Origin: Lingula anatina
Lineage: Eukaryota > Animalia > Brachiopoda
NCBI GenBank assembly: GCA_051362555.1
Contig: CM120640.1
Coordinates: forward strand, 61,792,788 to 61,856,787
Direction: 5' to 3'
DNA: 64,000 nt
The translations under genes and the position numbers were made by a program. The notes under the pieces were generated by a model. That model did not search any database, was not told the DNA's origin, and saw only the letters and a list, made by a program, of their open reading frames with translations. Positions 39,382-58,932 of the stretch are shown here, one piece after another; the stretch's first letter is position 1; each line of letters begins with the position of its first letter.

Positions 39382-40520
39382 TGGGGGTAGGGGAGAGAAA
39401 ATGCTTACTATATCTATATGGTAACAGGTATATCAATACATTGTATATACTTATGGAGGCAAGGGATGGGACAGTTTATTTCAAAAGTCATGAATGCATG
39501 ACAATTAGTCAAGGGTCATTGATAATGGGTCAAAGGTCACAGGAGGTCATTTTTGGGGATTTTTCATAAATTAAAGCCAAAAAGTTTTTTTAAAATCATT
39601 ATTTAAGTAAGAATATGGTATTTCGTGAATGATTTGTAAAGATGGTATAGTCTTATGCTTATGAGCAAAGTTTGGAGCCTCAGCTGTCTTATTTCAGAAA
39701 ATTATGTTAAAGAATGTGAACCTAATGACCAAAATATGCCATCTCTGAAAGTGGGGGTAGGGGAAAGAAAATCCTTGCTACATCAATCTGGTTAGAGATA
39801 TATCAATGCATTATATATTCTTATGGAGGTAAGGGATGGGACAATCAATTTCATAAATCATTTATGCATGACAGTAAGTCAAGGGTCATTGATAATGGGT
39901 CAAAGGTCACAAGAGGTCACATTTTATGGATTTTTTATGAATCAAAACCAAAATCTTTAAAAAAATATTGATTAGAGAAAGAAATTGGTATTTGGTGAAT
40001 GATTTGTAGACATGGTATAGTTAAACACTCATGAAAAAAATTTGGAGCCTCAACTGTTTTATTTAAAAAAATTATGTAACTAGTTAAATGTGAACCTTAT
40101 GGTCATAGTTTGCCCTCTTTGCAAGTTGGAGTAGGAGAGAGAAAATGCTCGCTACATTAATATGGTGAAAGATATATCAATGCATTATATATCCTTATGG
40201 AGGAAAGGGATGGGACAATTAATTTCTAAAATCATTTATGCATGGCAATAAGTCAAGGGTCATTGATAATGGGTCAGAGGTCACAAGAGGTCAAATTTTA
40301 TGGATTTTTCATAAATTTAAACCAAATTCTTTAAAAAAATATTGTTTGAAAAAGAAATTGGTATTTGATGAATGATTTATGTTTATGGTATAGCATCATA
40401 CTTATGTAAAACACTTTGGAGCCTCAACAGTTTTATTTTAAGAAAATTATGTAACTAGTTGAGTGTAGCCTAACAGTCAAAATTTGCCAACTTTGAAAGT
40501 GGGGGTAGGGGAGAGAAAGT
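39382..40520 (+). repeat. ~370-374-bp tandem repeat array (3 units + partial) in the left TIR; mirrored at ~43255-44391
   Basis: A TGGGGGTAGGGGAGAGAAA-like motif recurs at 39382, 39752, 40126 and 40500. GTCAAGGGTCATTGATAATGGGTCA recurs in each full unit. Confidence 0.88.
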
Positions 40521-41508
40521 GCTCATCATTTGAAGGCAGTAGAAGATACAGCAACAAAATGCACATATTTATGCAGCTTTGGAAGAGGACCTTAATTTCT
40601 TGATTAAGACACCTGTAGAGAAAGTCATGTCTCATTAGAAAAAGGTCGAAAGGTTAGCCCAGGTCGAATTTTAAGCTTTCTTATAAATATAAACCTTAAC
40701 ACCATTTTTATATTATTTTTGGGTTTAAATGTATTATATTTAGGGATAACTTGATATAATATAATTATTTATGACTAATGCATTAAAATTTGAGACTGTA
40801 TATACCCATTTTTCATACATTTTATTCACATTTGGTTACTTTTCCTAAAAAAAGCCTACGCACACTGTTTATTTTGATTCCATAATCAAGGGAAATAGGT
40901 ATTGTTTTTAATACTAGCATTCAGAAACATACCTTAGTCTTTTGATTATATTTTTGATGGATTTTAAATTTTTTTATCATAATGAGATAGTCCATTGAAA
41001 AAGACAAAAAATTAAGCCTGCTTCATTCTGATCTCAGGAGGAGATAAAGGGAAACAAATTCAGACTGGTATCCGGTATGAAGAGCAGATATGAAAATTCC
41101 TTCAGCCTCATTCTATCTTAAACCCTAAAAATTGAATCACCTCATGCCTGTAACCATGCCACCAATGCCACAACAAGGGAATTTAAGTACCATTTAGTTG
41201 AAATTAATATTTTGAAAGACCTGTATCCAAATATTGCCCAGTCTTTTCGTGAAATTGAACATTTCGCAGATATTATTCTTCTTTCTATACATATTTATAT
41301 TCAAGATCTGCAGATTCAAGATGGGTAGTTTGTGTTCTGAATGTATGGTAGTCCTGAGAGAAAACGCAGTGAAGTCCACAATAGGCTATTCTATTATTCT
41401 ATTCTATTATCCTATTCTATTATTCTGTAAAATTTCTAAACTTACACCAAATTGTCAAAATTTTATTAAGGGGGCACATACACATTATACTCAAAATTTC
41501 TTCAGAAT

Positions 41509-41676
41509 CAGGGGCGGATCCAGAGATATTTTCTGAGAGCCTTCCAAATTATATTTGTTGATCCATCCTCTATTTTTGACCGTCTTCCGACAGAAAAAAT
41601 TAGATACCCGTCAATGTAAACTTGAAAATCTGACCGTCTTCCGGAAGACCCAGAAGACGGCCTAAATCCGCCCCTG
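41509..41676. mobile_element. 168-bp hAT-like MITE nested in the foldback spacer
   Basis: TIRs CAGGGGCGGATCCAG / CTAAATCCGCCCCTG, with a perfect 5-bp TSD AGAAT (41504-41508, 41677-41681). Confidence 0.8.
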
Positions 41677-44600
41677 AGAATGGCAACAGATTTATGGCTA
41701 GGTGGCATTTAAGGTCAAACAGAAGCATGTTTATTGTCCTTAGATGCATCAATTTTCACATTGTCATAATTTAATTTATTATTATTGATCTTTTGAGGAG
41801 GGCGGGTTGCAAATACTACACACATATTCACTAACAAATATTTACAGGATTTATAGGATGGCAGAGGAACTAAATAATAAGTGGAAAGAAGGCAGATCAT
41901 TTTTCGGCATGGACCCTGCTCCGTGATATGAATTTATCCATGTACACCATAGGCTGATCAAAGATTGAAGTAGGCTTCATAGCACATATAACATTATCAT
42001 GTTGATTGTTTATATGTGTTTTGTCAAATTAATCAATTATTTGGTTGAACATTCTAATTTAGCTATTACATGTAGTAATTAAAAGTTATCCATCAGTTGG
42101 ATAAAATGTTTTATCCATGAGCCAGCCCAGTCAGTACTTGGGTACTAGTATACTGGTAATAATTATTGATATAATAATCTTTTCTAAACCGATTTGAAAT
42201 ACATTCACTTTCTTACTGTGTATACTGTAACAGAAGTTTTGACGTCTAAATCTGCCAATTAAAGTTCATTTATTAGTTGGAAAAAAGAATGTGAAAACCA
42301 AACTGCTTGTAGAAGTTTAAGTTTCTGATAAGATTTTATACTTTTTACTTATTTCAAATCAATGTTTTCACTTACACAGTGACTTACATAACATGCATTG
42401 CTATTTTGGAAATAACTGTTCTTTCAATTTTTACATTTTGCTTAGATGAAAAACTATCCATTGTGTACACTGAATTGACAGGCACTTTTAACTGCTGAAC
42501 CTCAGATACAGTCTGATGTTGAACAGCATAATTTTGATTATACAGTCATACAAATTTCAAAATTTTATGTATGCTTTAATTAAATAAAATTTTAGTTATT
42601 TCCCTAAATATGTTTTGCAAATAACAAATATGTATCACCATTAAATCATCCAAACGTTTTCATCTAAATGTTAAAATTTTCAGATATTGCTTAGATTTTT
42701 ATGCTGTAAAGTGAGTGTGGGTGACCATTGACCATTGACCAACCACTGACCCATTAATGCATGATAATGTGCCCTCTTTAAAAAAGTAAACTTGATGAAC
42801 ATCTTTTGGATACAGGCTATGGTACAATAGCTTTGCATCTTACTTCTTCCAAATTGAATGAAAGTAAAATTTCACTTCCTGGCTCCTTATAATAGAAAGT
42901 TTTCACTTCCATTTTGAATTGAAGTTATATAATATGCAAATAAAAAAATCTTAGAATTAAAGAAGGGGCCTCAGACTCGATGAACTAGTCTTTAATAGTC
43001 ACACAGCATCTAGTTATACCCAAAAGTATTTCTATAATCGAAAATGTTCTCTTTTAATGGTGTTTAAGTTCATATTTATGAAAAAGCTTAAATTGTTGAT
43101 GAAGTTTGGCCTCAGCTGACACTATTGACCTATTTCTAATGAAGCATGACTTTGTTTACATGTCTTAATAAAAAAAAATGAAACGTCCTTTTCCAAAGCT
43201 GCATAAATATGTGCATTTTGTTGCTGTATCTTCTACTGCCTTCAAATGATGAGCACTTTCTCTCCCCTACCCCCACTTTTAAAGTTGGCAAATTTTGACT
43301 GTTAGGCTACACTCAACTAGTTACATAATTTTCTAAAATAAAACTGTTGAGGCTCCAAAGTGTTTTACATAAGTATGATGCTATACCATAAAGATAAATC
43401 ATTCACCAAATACCAATTTCTTTTTCAAACAATATTTTTTTTAAGAATTTGGTTTAAATTTATGAAAAATCCATAAAATTTGACCTCTTGTGACCTCTGA
43501 CCCATTATCAATGACCCTTGACTTATTGCCATGCATAAATGATTTTAGAAATTAATTGTCCCATCCCTTTCCTCCATAAGGATATATAATGCATTGATAT
43601 ATCTTTCACCATATTAATGTAGCGAGCATTTTCTCTCTCCTACTCCAACTTGCAAAGAGGGCAAATTATGACCATAAGGTTCACATTTAACTAGTTACAT
43701 AATTTTTTTAAATAAAACAGTTGAGGCTCCAAATTTTTTTCATGAGTGTTTAACTATACCATGTCTACAAATCATTCACCAAATACCAATTTCTTTCTCT
43801 AAACAATATTTTTTAAAAGATTTTGGTTTTAATTTATAAAAAATCCATAAAATATGACCTCTTGTGACCTTTGACCCATTATCAATGACCCTTGACTTAC
43901 TGTCTTGCATAAATGATTTATGAAATTGATTGTCCCATCCCTTACCTCCATAAGAATATATAATGCATTGATATATCTCTATCCAGATTGATGTAGCAAG
44001 GATTTTCTTTCCCCTACCCCCACTTTCAGAGATGGCATATTTTGGTCATTAGGTTCACATTCTTTTACATAATTTTCTGAAATAAGACAGCTGAGGCTCC
44101 AAACTTTGCTCATAATCATAAGACTATACCATCTTTACAAATCATTCACCAAATACCATATTCTTACTTAAATAATGATTTTAAAAAACTTTTTGGCTTT
44201 AATTTATGAAAAATCCCCAAAAATGACCTCCTGTGACCTTTGACCCATTATTGATGACCCTTGACTAATTGTCATGCATTCATGACTTTTGAAATAAACT
44301 GTCCCATCCCTTGCCTCCATAAGTATATACAATGTATTGATATACCTGTTACCATATAGACATAGTAAACATTTTCTCTCCCCTACCCCCATCTAGAAAA
44401 AGTCCTTGCTGCTGCAGGGGTGGGGTTATATAAGGTGTGATAGCACCCAAAAAGCTACCAGTATGAGAAGGCTATCACACATATTTGGGCACTAGAGACA
44501 TAGGCCTTACTAAAAATCACTATGAGAATTTGGCCCTTTTTTGGTACCAATGGCTGAAAATCAGGGGTCTGGCTCATGGACTATATATATATTCGGATTT

Positions 44601-45799
44601 ATCTATAAAAACGGAGAGCTGTTACCTTTTCAGAAAAAGGTGTAGGCTTTGCATGGATAATTAACTCAAATCCATCCCTAAATAAGATGAATATGACACG
44701 TTATGCTATCTGAATCACATTAGAATAAATATCGATGTAAACTGATTCATATTCACTGTATAATGTTGACACGTAGGCCTACTGGAAAGTCTGCTGTTTT
44801 TTGCACCTTAAACTAAGACCTGACGTTTTTGATAAGACTTTTCAAAGCACTGTGATGGTGCAATCAAATTCAAACCAAGAGGTCTCAATAAATTTTTCAT
44901 ACATTTGAATAACGTCTTGGTATCTGCTTTGCGTTGTCTTGTTGACCAAGACCAGTGGTTGACTTAGATCAAAATATGAAAGGTAAATAAACGTTGAAGT
45001 TATTTTCCTAGGTGCCATGACTTGCAATGGACATCTCGTTTGTACTATTACTGCACAGAGGAATGAAATATTTCTCTGATATATTTTGCGATAAGTCTAA
45101 GCATCTTGGTCTTTGTGAACCCCGATGGATTATGAATTTATCAAATAGGCTAGCTATCGGTGAAACATCCCTCTTCTGCCGCACAACAGACGCAATTTCG
45201 ATTTTCTCACACTCCCACTATTTATTTATCGACGACTTTATTTTCTCTAAAACTGAAATCCGTTTAATCGTGCTATATACTTTCCAGAACTTTTCGTAAT
45301 TTCATACAAAATTAAGTTTCATCATTTTACACATTTTAACTTTGGGCTTGTCCTTAAAGATGAATTTACATTTCAATTGAGTGGACTCATGTGAACTCAT
45401 CATAGGAAGCAAGCATTATAGTGCATCTATATCCCGATGTTATTGGCGTTCAGTAGGCCTATACAGTAATTAAAGTTGTACCGGAATGTGGTCAACAGGG
45501 AACTCACATCTTTCTGAGTGTTCAAAATATAATGTTGAGATTTGTTGTTGTTAGTAAATGATAACTTGTATCAACCTAGGAAAAATGCCATTTTGTAAAG
45601 GAATAAGGAAGACCTTGCGTTAATTTCCAATGGATTATTCAACGTGCCGAATATGCACAATCACTCATCGCACACCTTTCACACGTGCTTCTAATTGTTA
45701 GATAACAGACAGCATAAATATAACAGTATAGATAAATTCTGTATTGAACAATTAGCTTCCCAAACAACTATCAACCTATGCAACCACCACGGAGACTGA

Positions 45800-50131
<4,332 letters not shown>

Positions 50132-50961
50132 TAAGCACCCCTGCGTTCATTTGACGTGGTCAAGTAACCAGTTGTAATAAAATTATAGGCCTAAAGTTTG
50201 CTGTGATTAAATTTCAGTTATTTGATTCAGTTTTCACATAAGTTTTCTGTTTACTTTTATATGACACAGTCATGCTACATTTAGTAGTGCGACTATCAAC
50301 ACTGTTGATACTTATCAAGAAATTTATTCTAACCTGTGTTAGAATTGAGACAGCTATTTAATATCTGACATCTGTCAGTTTAGAAAAACTTATTGGGTTA
50401 CTCACTGATTGTCAAAACACTTGATTAAAAACAAGAAATTAAAACCGTGACATACATGTATACTGTGTAATATACCGTTAACAAATTACATGTATACAGT
50501 TATCTGGTGTGTTATGCGATGGCATAGAATCTAAGTGGCAAAGAAATTATCACAATCGTTAAGTAGTTCGTCATTTTATGTACTCTATCCCCGCTCGCCT
50601 TACGGCAAATTTTAATGCTTAAAGGGTAATGATACACAACGTAACGTAAGAAGCATGATGTACATGTACTTAACCTATCAGTTTTATCGCGATTTATTTG
50701 GCATCTACTTTGAAATGATAGACGTGGGGTTTTAAGGTGTGTTAAAGCTACAGTGTGGGCGATTTTTTAGATAAAAACAGCAACAGTAGGGGTTTCCCTG
50801 GGATCAATTTTAAATTTTAACCACTTACCCAACCAGGGCCCTATTCTTGTCTGTTTGAAGAAAAATGTATTTACACAGTTACACTGATCAACCCAACGAT
50901 AGCTAAATAAATATTAATTTAAAATACGACCATTTTCTGACACACACATATACACACATAA

Positions 50962-50963
<2 letters not shown>

Positions 50964-51006
<43 letters not shown>
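50964..51006. repeat. (GA)n microsatellite
   Basis: Direct reading. Confidence 0.9.
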
Positions 51007-51009
<3 letters not shown>

Positions 51010-51280
51010 AATTGTTGTCCGGCTAGAGAAACATAACAAGTAAATAATTACAGAATCAATATTACTTATTTTGATTAGCATTTTTTTGTATTATTTTCAA
51101 GAAAAACATATGTACTACAGTACATTTAGGTGAAAAATATATATGCATGGTTTTCGTCCTGAAGTGTAAAAGTGTTCTGCTCATACAAGCATCATGATGT
51201 CTACATGACTACATAAAATGCCAGTTTTGTGCCCCTCAATCAATGTCGACATGATTACAGTATTTACATGTAGAAATTAG

Positions 51281-53139
<1,859 letters not shown>

Positions 53140-54244
53140 GGTGTGTGCGGCGGAGAGAGATGGGAACTTTACCCACCCAAAATATTGCTTTAGTGTATAC
53201 ATGTACAGTGTACCGATATGTTGTGGCATAGATTTAGGATTTAGTAAATCAAATCAAAAGATATATAAGGCTCTTATTTCAGAATAGCCATTGGAACGAA
53301 TAAGTTAACACATGTAACATTAAAGTCAGTGTGTATAATATTTTTTATTATCATAACTGACTTCCTCCGGATTAATCAATTTCCAAATAGTTTTTTGTTC
53401 TCAGGTTTTACATAAATCATTAGCATTCACAGCGTTTATGTAGTGAGAGTAGAAAAGACAGAAGTCATTATCTAGGGATGGTGTATATTCCCACTTTTAT
53501 TGTTTTTTTTTATTTTACAGTGCCTTATACAGCAAATACAAAAAGCGCCGATGGTTTTGGTCCATGGTTTTGCAAAGACGTTTGTTTATATTACACCCAC
53601 AAACTGCACTAGCACTTACAACAAATGATTATAAAAATAAGTTTGCATCAAATTATTATACAATTTTCTCCGAATTGATCTCATGTAGCAAACACTGTGA
53701 TTCTAATATATTTCTTCTCAATATACATGTACCAGTATATAAATATCATCACACAACAGGTAAGCATAATCGCAGAGGTAGGCGTTACGGATCTTCGCAC
53801 ACAAAGTACTTGTCAATCCTGATATTTTATTATTCATTGTTTACAAAAATGAAATATTTATTACTAAACTAAACCTTCTTCAATTAACGAGCAATGGAAT
53901 GCCTATGCGAACTACTTAAATCGCATGCAGTATTTCGAATTCTAAGGATTTTAATTATCTGATTCATGAAAATATCCTGCAAAGTTGGAGACAGTTGCTG
54001 GTTTAACATCGGCCACTTGATGAGTCCCTCGAGACGTTATGAACTGCAGTTCCTTGGTAACTCTTCTTGCATATCTTGGATGAAAATAATTAAGTAAATA
54101 TCCAATTATTAAACTTTAAAAAGCGATTTCAAACTCGGTAAACAGATCTATCAATTACTCTACGATTCATTGCTTAATTTTCCATTCCGCAATTTTTTAT
54201 CTCTACTTTTTCATCAATCCAGTGAAACATATTCATTTCTGGCT

Positions 54245-54300
54245 TGTGTGTGTGTGTGTGTGTGAGAGAGAGAGGGGGGGGGGGGGGGGGGGGGGGGGAG
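54245..54300. repeat. Compound (TG)n(AG)n(G)n tract
   Basis: Direct reading. It lies in the putative 3'UTR intron of the TIL gene. Confidence 0.85.
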
Positions 54301-54320
54301 GGCGCATTAACCGCCTACCT

Positions 54321-57300
54321 TTAGCCTTGTTGGCCTTGGATTCCTTGGAGTAGAGACATCATCAAATTACCGTTGTTGCCAGTACTTGTGGTGCTGCTTG
54401 AGAAAGTGCTGCTGGACCCTATATTTGTCAAGGCTGACAACGCTCTACCCAGAGTTCCCAGAGGGCATTCTGCCTGTGCTATGCACCTGTTGTTGTGGAA
54501 GATAGGGGTGGGGTTTGGGCACGCGCAGCCTTGATTGAGCGCCCTGTTATTGTTAGAATTCGGGCTTGGATTATCGCAAGTGGGAGTGACTGCAGGCGCA
54601 GTGTTTGTATAGATCTGGCCGTTGAAGCAGGTTATACCTGAAAATGAAAAAGTAAAGAATCAGAGTAACGTTTGAATCACGGCTGGTCTGTGTTATCTGT
54701 TCAAGTTTAACTTATGTAAATTTAAACAACGAGTAAAATGCTTTAAGTGTGAATATCTATAGATGTTTCATTACTCGCAATTTCTCTTCAAGATTCTTTA
54801 TCATTTTAGGTAATTAAAACACACAATCAGAATAATTAAGCTCTGAAAAATACGAAATGTATTTATTAGTAAATAGTACGTCATAAGGTGGCCATCAGTT
54901 GTCTCCAAGTTTACATGTAAACCATTAAACGAGCCCAAAGATTGCACCGTTTTGATGCAGCAGGCACAACCAATAAAATGTACCCGTTGCGCGTAACCCC
55001 AAGAAGTTTGATGCAGTACACTGTGTGCGTTTTAGTACAGTAGGCCTACATATAACAATCAAAATTATCAAACACGACAAATATATCTACTGTAGGTAAC
55101 ACCTTAACCATGCGGTTGGGGTATTAAAACCACTTACGTATGTTGCACATGTACATTTAAGACCACAAAGCTGGGATTTGAGATTTAATGTCTAAAAACC
55201 AGGCATAGGGAGGACAATTGGGACAACCAATATACATACAGGCAAGTCACCTCTTCCAACACTGACTTTTGAATCTACCGCACACGTCGCACTTAATACC
55301 GCCATGCACACATGTACTCTTTTTTTTTTCATTCCCAACCCACCCATGCTCTGATTATAAATTACTAGCCTAATTCGAAAACACACGGAATTGAGCATCC
55401 ATCGCACTAAGATGTCAGCAATATTTGAGAAATGTGCTATACATCTACATGTATTCTCTGCTCTACGTTGAAACTCCCATCTCAGTCTAACCCAGCCTAA
55501 CCCATTGAGCCCCCATTATGTCCTACAGGCTTGAACTATTTCAAAATGCCTTTTTTTTTCATACCCCCGGTCTGCTCAGCCTGGTTAACAGGACACTCTT
55601 GTAGGCGCTGGCAAACGCCATTTTTATTGAGGATTGGCTTATCAGCCGGGCACTCGCATCTTTTAACGCAATTTTTCACGCAACGAGGGTTGGGTTCGTC
55701 ACACGTTTTGTCGCAAGCAGAGGCGCAGGTTTTGTATTCCTGGTTACCAGGACATAGCACTAGAAAAGAGATCCTAGATTTATGTATTTGACCACATCAT
55801 TTTCTTTTGACAATAGTAAGACATTTGGGGGGTCATTTAGGACAAGCCAAATGAAAAGGAAACTGCTGTTCTATCAAATCCTGTATCATTCCAACCACTG
55901 TCACATGTACATAAATGTAAATATAACCACCGAAATTTAAGGGTTACATCACGCATTCTGAATCATCTATCCTTAACAGCTTTAACTTAAAAGTCTAAAT
56001 ATAATCATTTGATTGATTACATGACAGATAATTCCACTCACTATCTGTAAAAACAGCCTATTGATTTTATATAAAAGAAACTGATTAACCTAATTTTCAT
56101 CCTTACTTCTAGCGCTTTTCAGTGTATTGTAGATGGGGTGCGGAGAGAGTAATTTAGGCCAATGGATAAGTTACTAGTACGTATAGCAGAGGCTAAGGGG
56201 TAACAGAATCTATGGGTACACTTTCGCTTTAAAATGGACATTTGGTATGTTTACTAGCATTTACCACTGTCGCCCCCTATGACCCTGCTGTTCGGACCAT
56301 AACCAGATTAATAAGTTTTTAGAATAATTCACGGCTGCAAACAAAAATATCGTCTTTAGTGTGTTGAGACTTCTTCGAGGAAACGGATTATTTACCACTG
56401 TTTGTTGAGACGCCCCCTTGCTGCTGCTGCTGCTGTTGCTGGCCTCTGAAGTTTGTCAACAGTGACGAGAATATGTTAGTATTTGTGTTAACTACTCCAC
56501 TAATTCCAGCTTGGTTTCTTCCAGCCGATCCAAGAGGACACTCAATGGCAGGTTTACACTGTCCAGCATCTTCAAAGGGCCTATCGAGCGGACAGACGCA
56601 GCCTGGCACGCACCCGGTAACTTGGCAGACTGGGTTAGGACTGTAGCACGTCTTGTGACAGTTGGTCGCACAGCTATCGTACATCTGGCCAGCGGGACAC
56701 GTTATAGCTAGAATACACGACAATTCAGGTCATCTTCGTCTAGGAAATGTTAGGAGGATTCAATGTCACATAAGATTTCATTCTGTGTCTTATATTGTTT
56801 AACAATATACTTACTACAAGTACAAATAAAAGGCAAAATAATAATAATGGTATGACAACTTGTAGATAACTATATCGATATAGATCGATAGAGACACAAA
56901 TAAATAGGTATAACAGTTTGCCTTTAAAGTCCTGAGACTTGTGAGTAGTTAGTACGCGTGTTATTTGGAATAAATGGACTGCATTGCTATCTTTCTAAGT
57001 TAATATTTGAATACATGGAAGACACTAGAACACATTGGACTTTGAAACACATGCCCACAAAACGTGCAAACTAAAATTAAAATCTTATTATATTTCTAAG
57101 AAGTTATTGAAGCCTGTTATATAAGTTTTCTGCTGTACTTACAATTGTCGCTAATAGTTCCAATGGAACCAATATTTCCTGCATTTTCATTTTTGCTAGC
57201 GTCATCGCCACTAGTGCCCAGAGTGCCTTGGTTATTGTTGAAGCCTTGAATGTTATTAATACCTAGGTTATTGTTTAAGCCTAGATTACTGTTCAGCACT

Positions 57301-58899
57301 TGATTTGTATTAGCGCCTTGACCACTGGTTCTTAATCCTTGGGAACTGGTTTGGTTTTGGTTTGTTTTCCCACCTAGAATATTATTATTAATACCTTGGT
57401 TGGAGTTAAAACCTTGATTATTAGTATTAGTTTCTTGGTTATTTATGTAATCTTGGTTAATATTAAAACCTTGATTTGAACTGGTGCCTTGGTTTGTGTC
57501 GGTAATTTGATTGCTAAGTCCTTGGTTTATGTTAGTGGTTGGGTTATTGATAGGCCCTTGATTATTGTTTGACCCTCCAACTTGGGGAACTCCAGTTGAT
57601 CCAGATGTAGTTACACCAGAATTTATGTTTAAGTCCTGGTTGTTACTGAAGCCTTGGTTATAAGTGGCCCCATGGTTATTTAAGCCCTGGTTTGTATTGA
57701 CGCCGTGGTTGTTGAAGCCTTGGTTTGTGTTGGTACCTTGGTTGTTATTGAAGCCTTGATTGTTATTTAACCCCCCAATAGAGCCAGGCTGAATGATGCC
57801 TGTAGATCCAGATGTGCTTACACCTTGATTTGCGTTTAAGCCTTGGTTTTTAGAATAAACTTGGTTATTGAAGCCTTGAATGTTTGTTAAGCCTTGGGTA
57901 TTGGTAGTGCCCTGATTATTAGTAAAACCTTGATTGATGTTACCTTGGTTTGTGTTGATACCTTGGTTATTAAAGCCTTGGTTTGGGTTGATACCTTGGT
58001 TATTGAGACCTTGGTTTGTGTTAGGACCTTGGTTGTTGATGAAGCCTTGATTTGTGTTGGTACCTTGGTTGTTGATAAAGCCTTGGTTTATATTGGTACT
58101 TTGGTTATTGATGAAACCTTGGTTTGGGTTGGTACCTTGTATTACGCCTGTAGATCCAGATGTGGTTATACCTGAATTCACGTTAAAGCCTTGGTTGTTA
58201 TTAAAGCCCTGGTTATTTATCGAGCCTTGGTTATTGGTTAAGCTTTGACTTGTGCCGGTGGCTTGATTATTGTTAAAGCCTTGATTATTGTTGAAGCCTT
58301 GGTTTGTCGTACTGATACCTTGGTTGTTGGTGAAACCTAGATTACCACCTTGGAAGATTCCAGGCTGAATAACTCCAGATGAGCCAGACGTGGCGACACC
58401 TGAAAAGGAAAATGACGGTACTCATGAAATATTAACATGTACGTGTCTTTGTAGTATAAAACATCGTGTTTGAACCTGAAATAATGTGTTTAACATGGTG
58501 ATATTGAAGGTGAACTGTAAATGAAAAGAAATATCAAGTCCAGTATGACTGGCAAACCACCATGTTTCACCCTTAAATTTATCTTCATTCTTTCATCAGA
58601 ACTTTAAGCAAATAAACGCATCTGTATTATCACCAAGGAAAATATAATCCTGCAAATCATGCACTGTACTTACTGTATAGACAAAGTTAACTTGAGATTT
58701 TTTCAATGTATATATAAAGCGAAACATGTACAATGTTACATCGTGTATGATACGTCCTGTTGCCATGTACTAATAAAGTCAATCGGAAAGCAAGACATAA
58801 ATAATAAAAGGTAGATGTAACATGAAATTCTATTAATAAACGCACCCCCACACTGCCATAAACACTAGACATTGTTATATACATTCTGTCCGAGCACAC

Positions 58900-58932
<33 letters not shown>

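Larger units (their letters stand above)
39200..44583. mobile_element. 5.4-kb foldback-like non-autonomous DNA transposon (Academ-like termini) with ~1.4-1.5-kb internally repetitive TIRs
   Basis: Ends TAGTCCATGAGCCAGAC...GTCTGGCTCATGGACTA, with TAT duplicated (39197-39199, 44584-44586). Arms ~39200-40585 and ~43190-44583 are near-identical inverted copies, with weaker similarity to ~40705/43057. The mirrored 62-aa ORFs at 39381 and 44392 differ at 2 residues. No transposase ORF lies in the ~2.4-kb spacer. Confidence 0.88.

Noticed and set aside
39381-44392. Twin 62-aa ORFs (MGVGERKCLL...) as duplicated genes
   Set aside because: They are mirror images within the non-coding TIR repeat unit; the frame is not conserved in neighbouring units and no motif is recognisable.
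50742-50770. TTAAAGCTACAGTG as a Kolobok-like MITE end
   Set aside because: No matching opposite terminus was found in the window.
57894-58248. Hydrophobic plus-strand ORFs (TLVIKALVWVD / KPWLLLKPW repeats)
   Set aside because: They are antisense shadows of the NQG-repeat exon.
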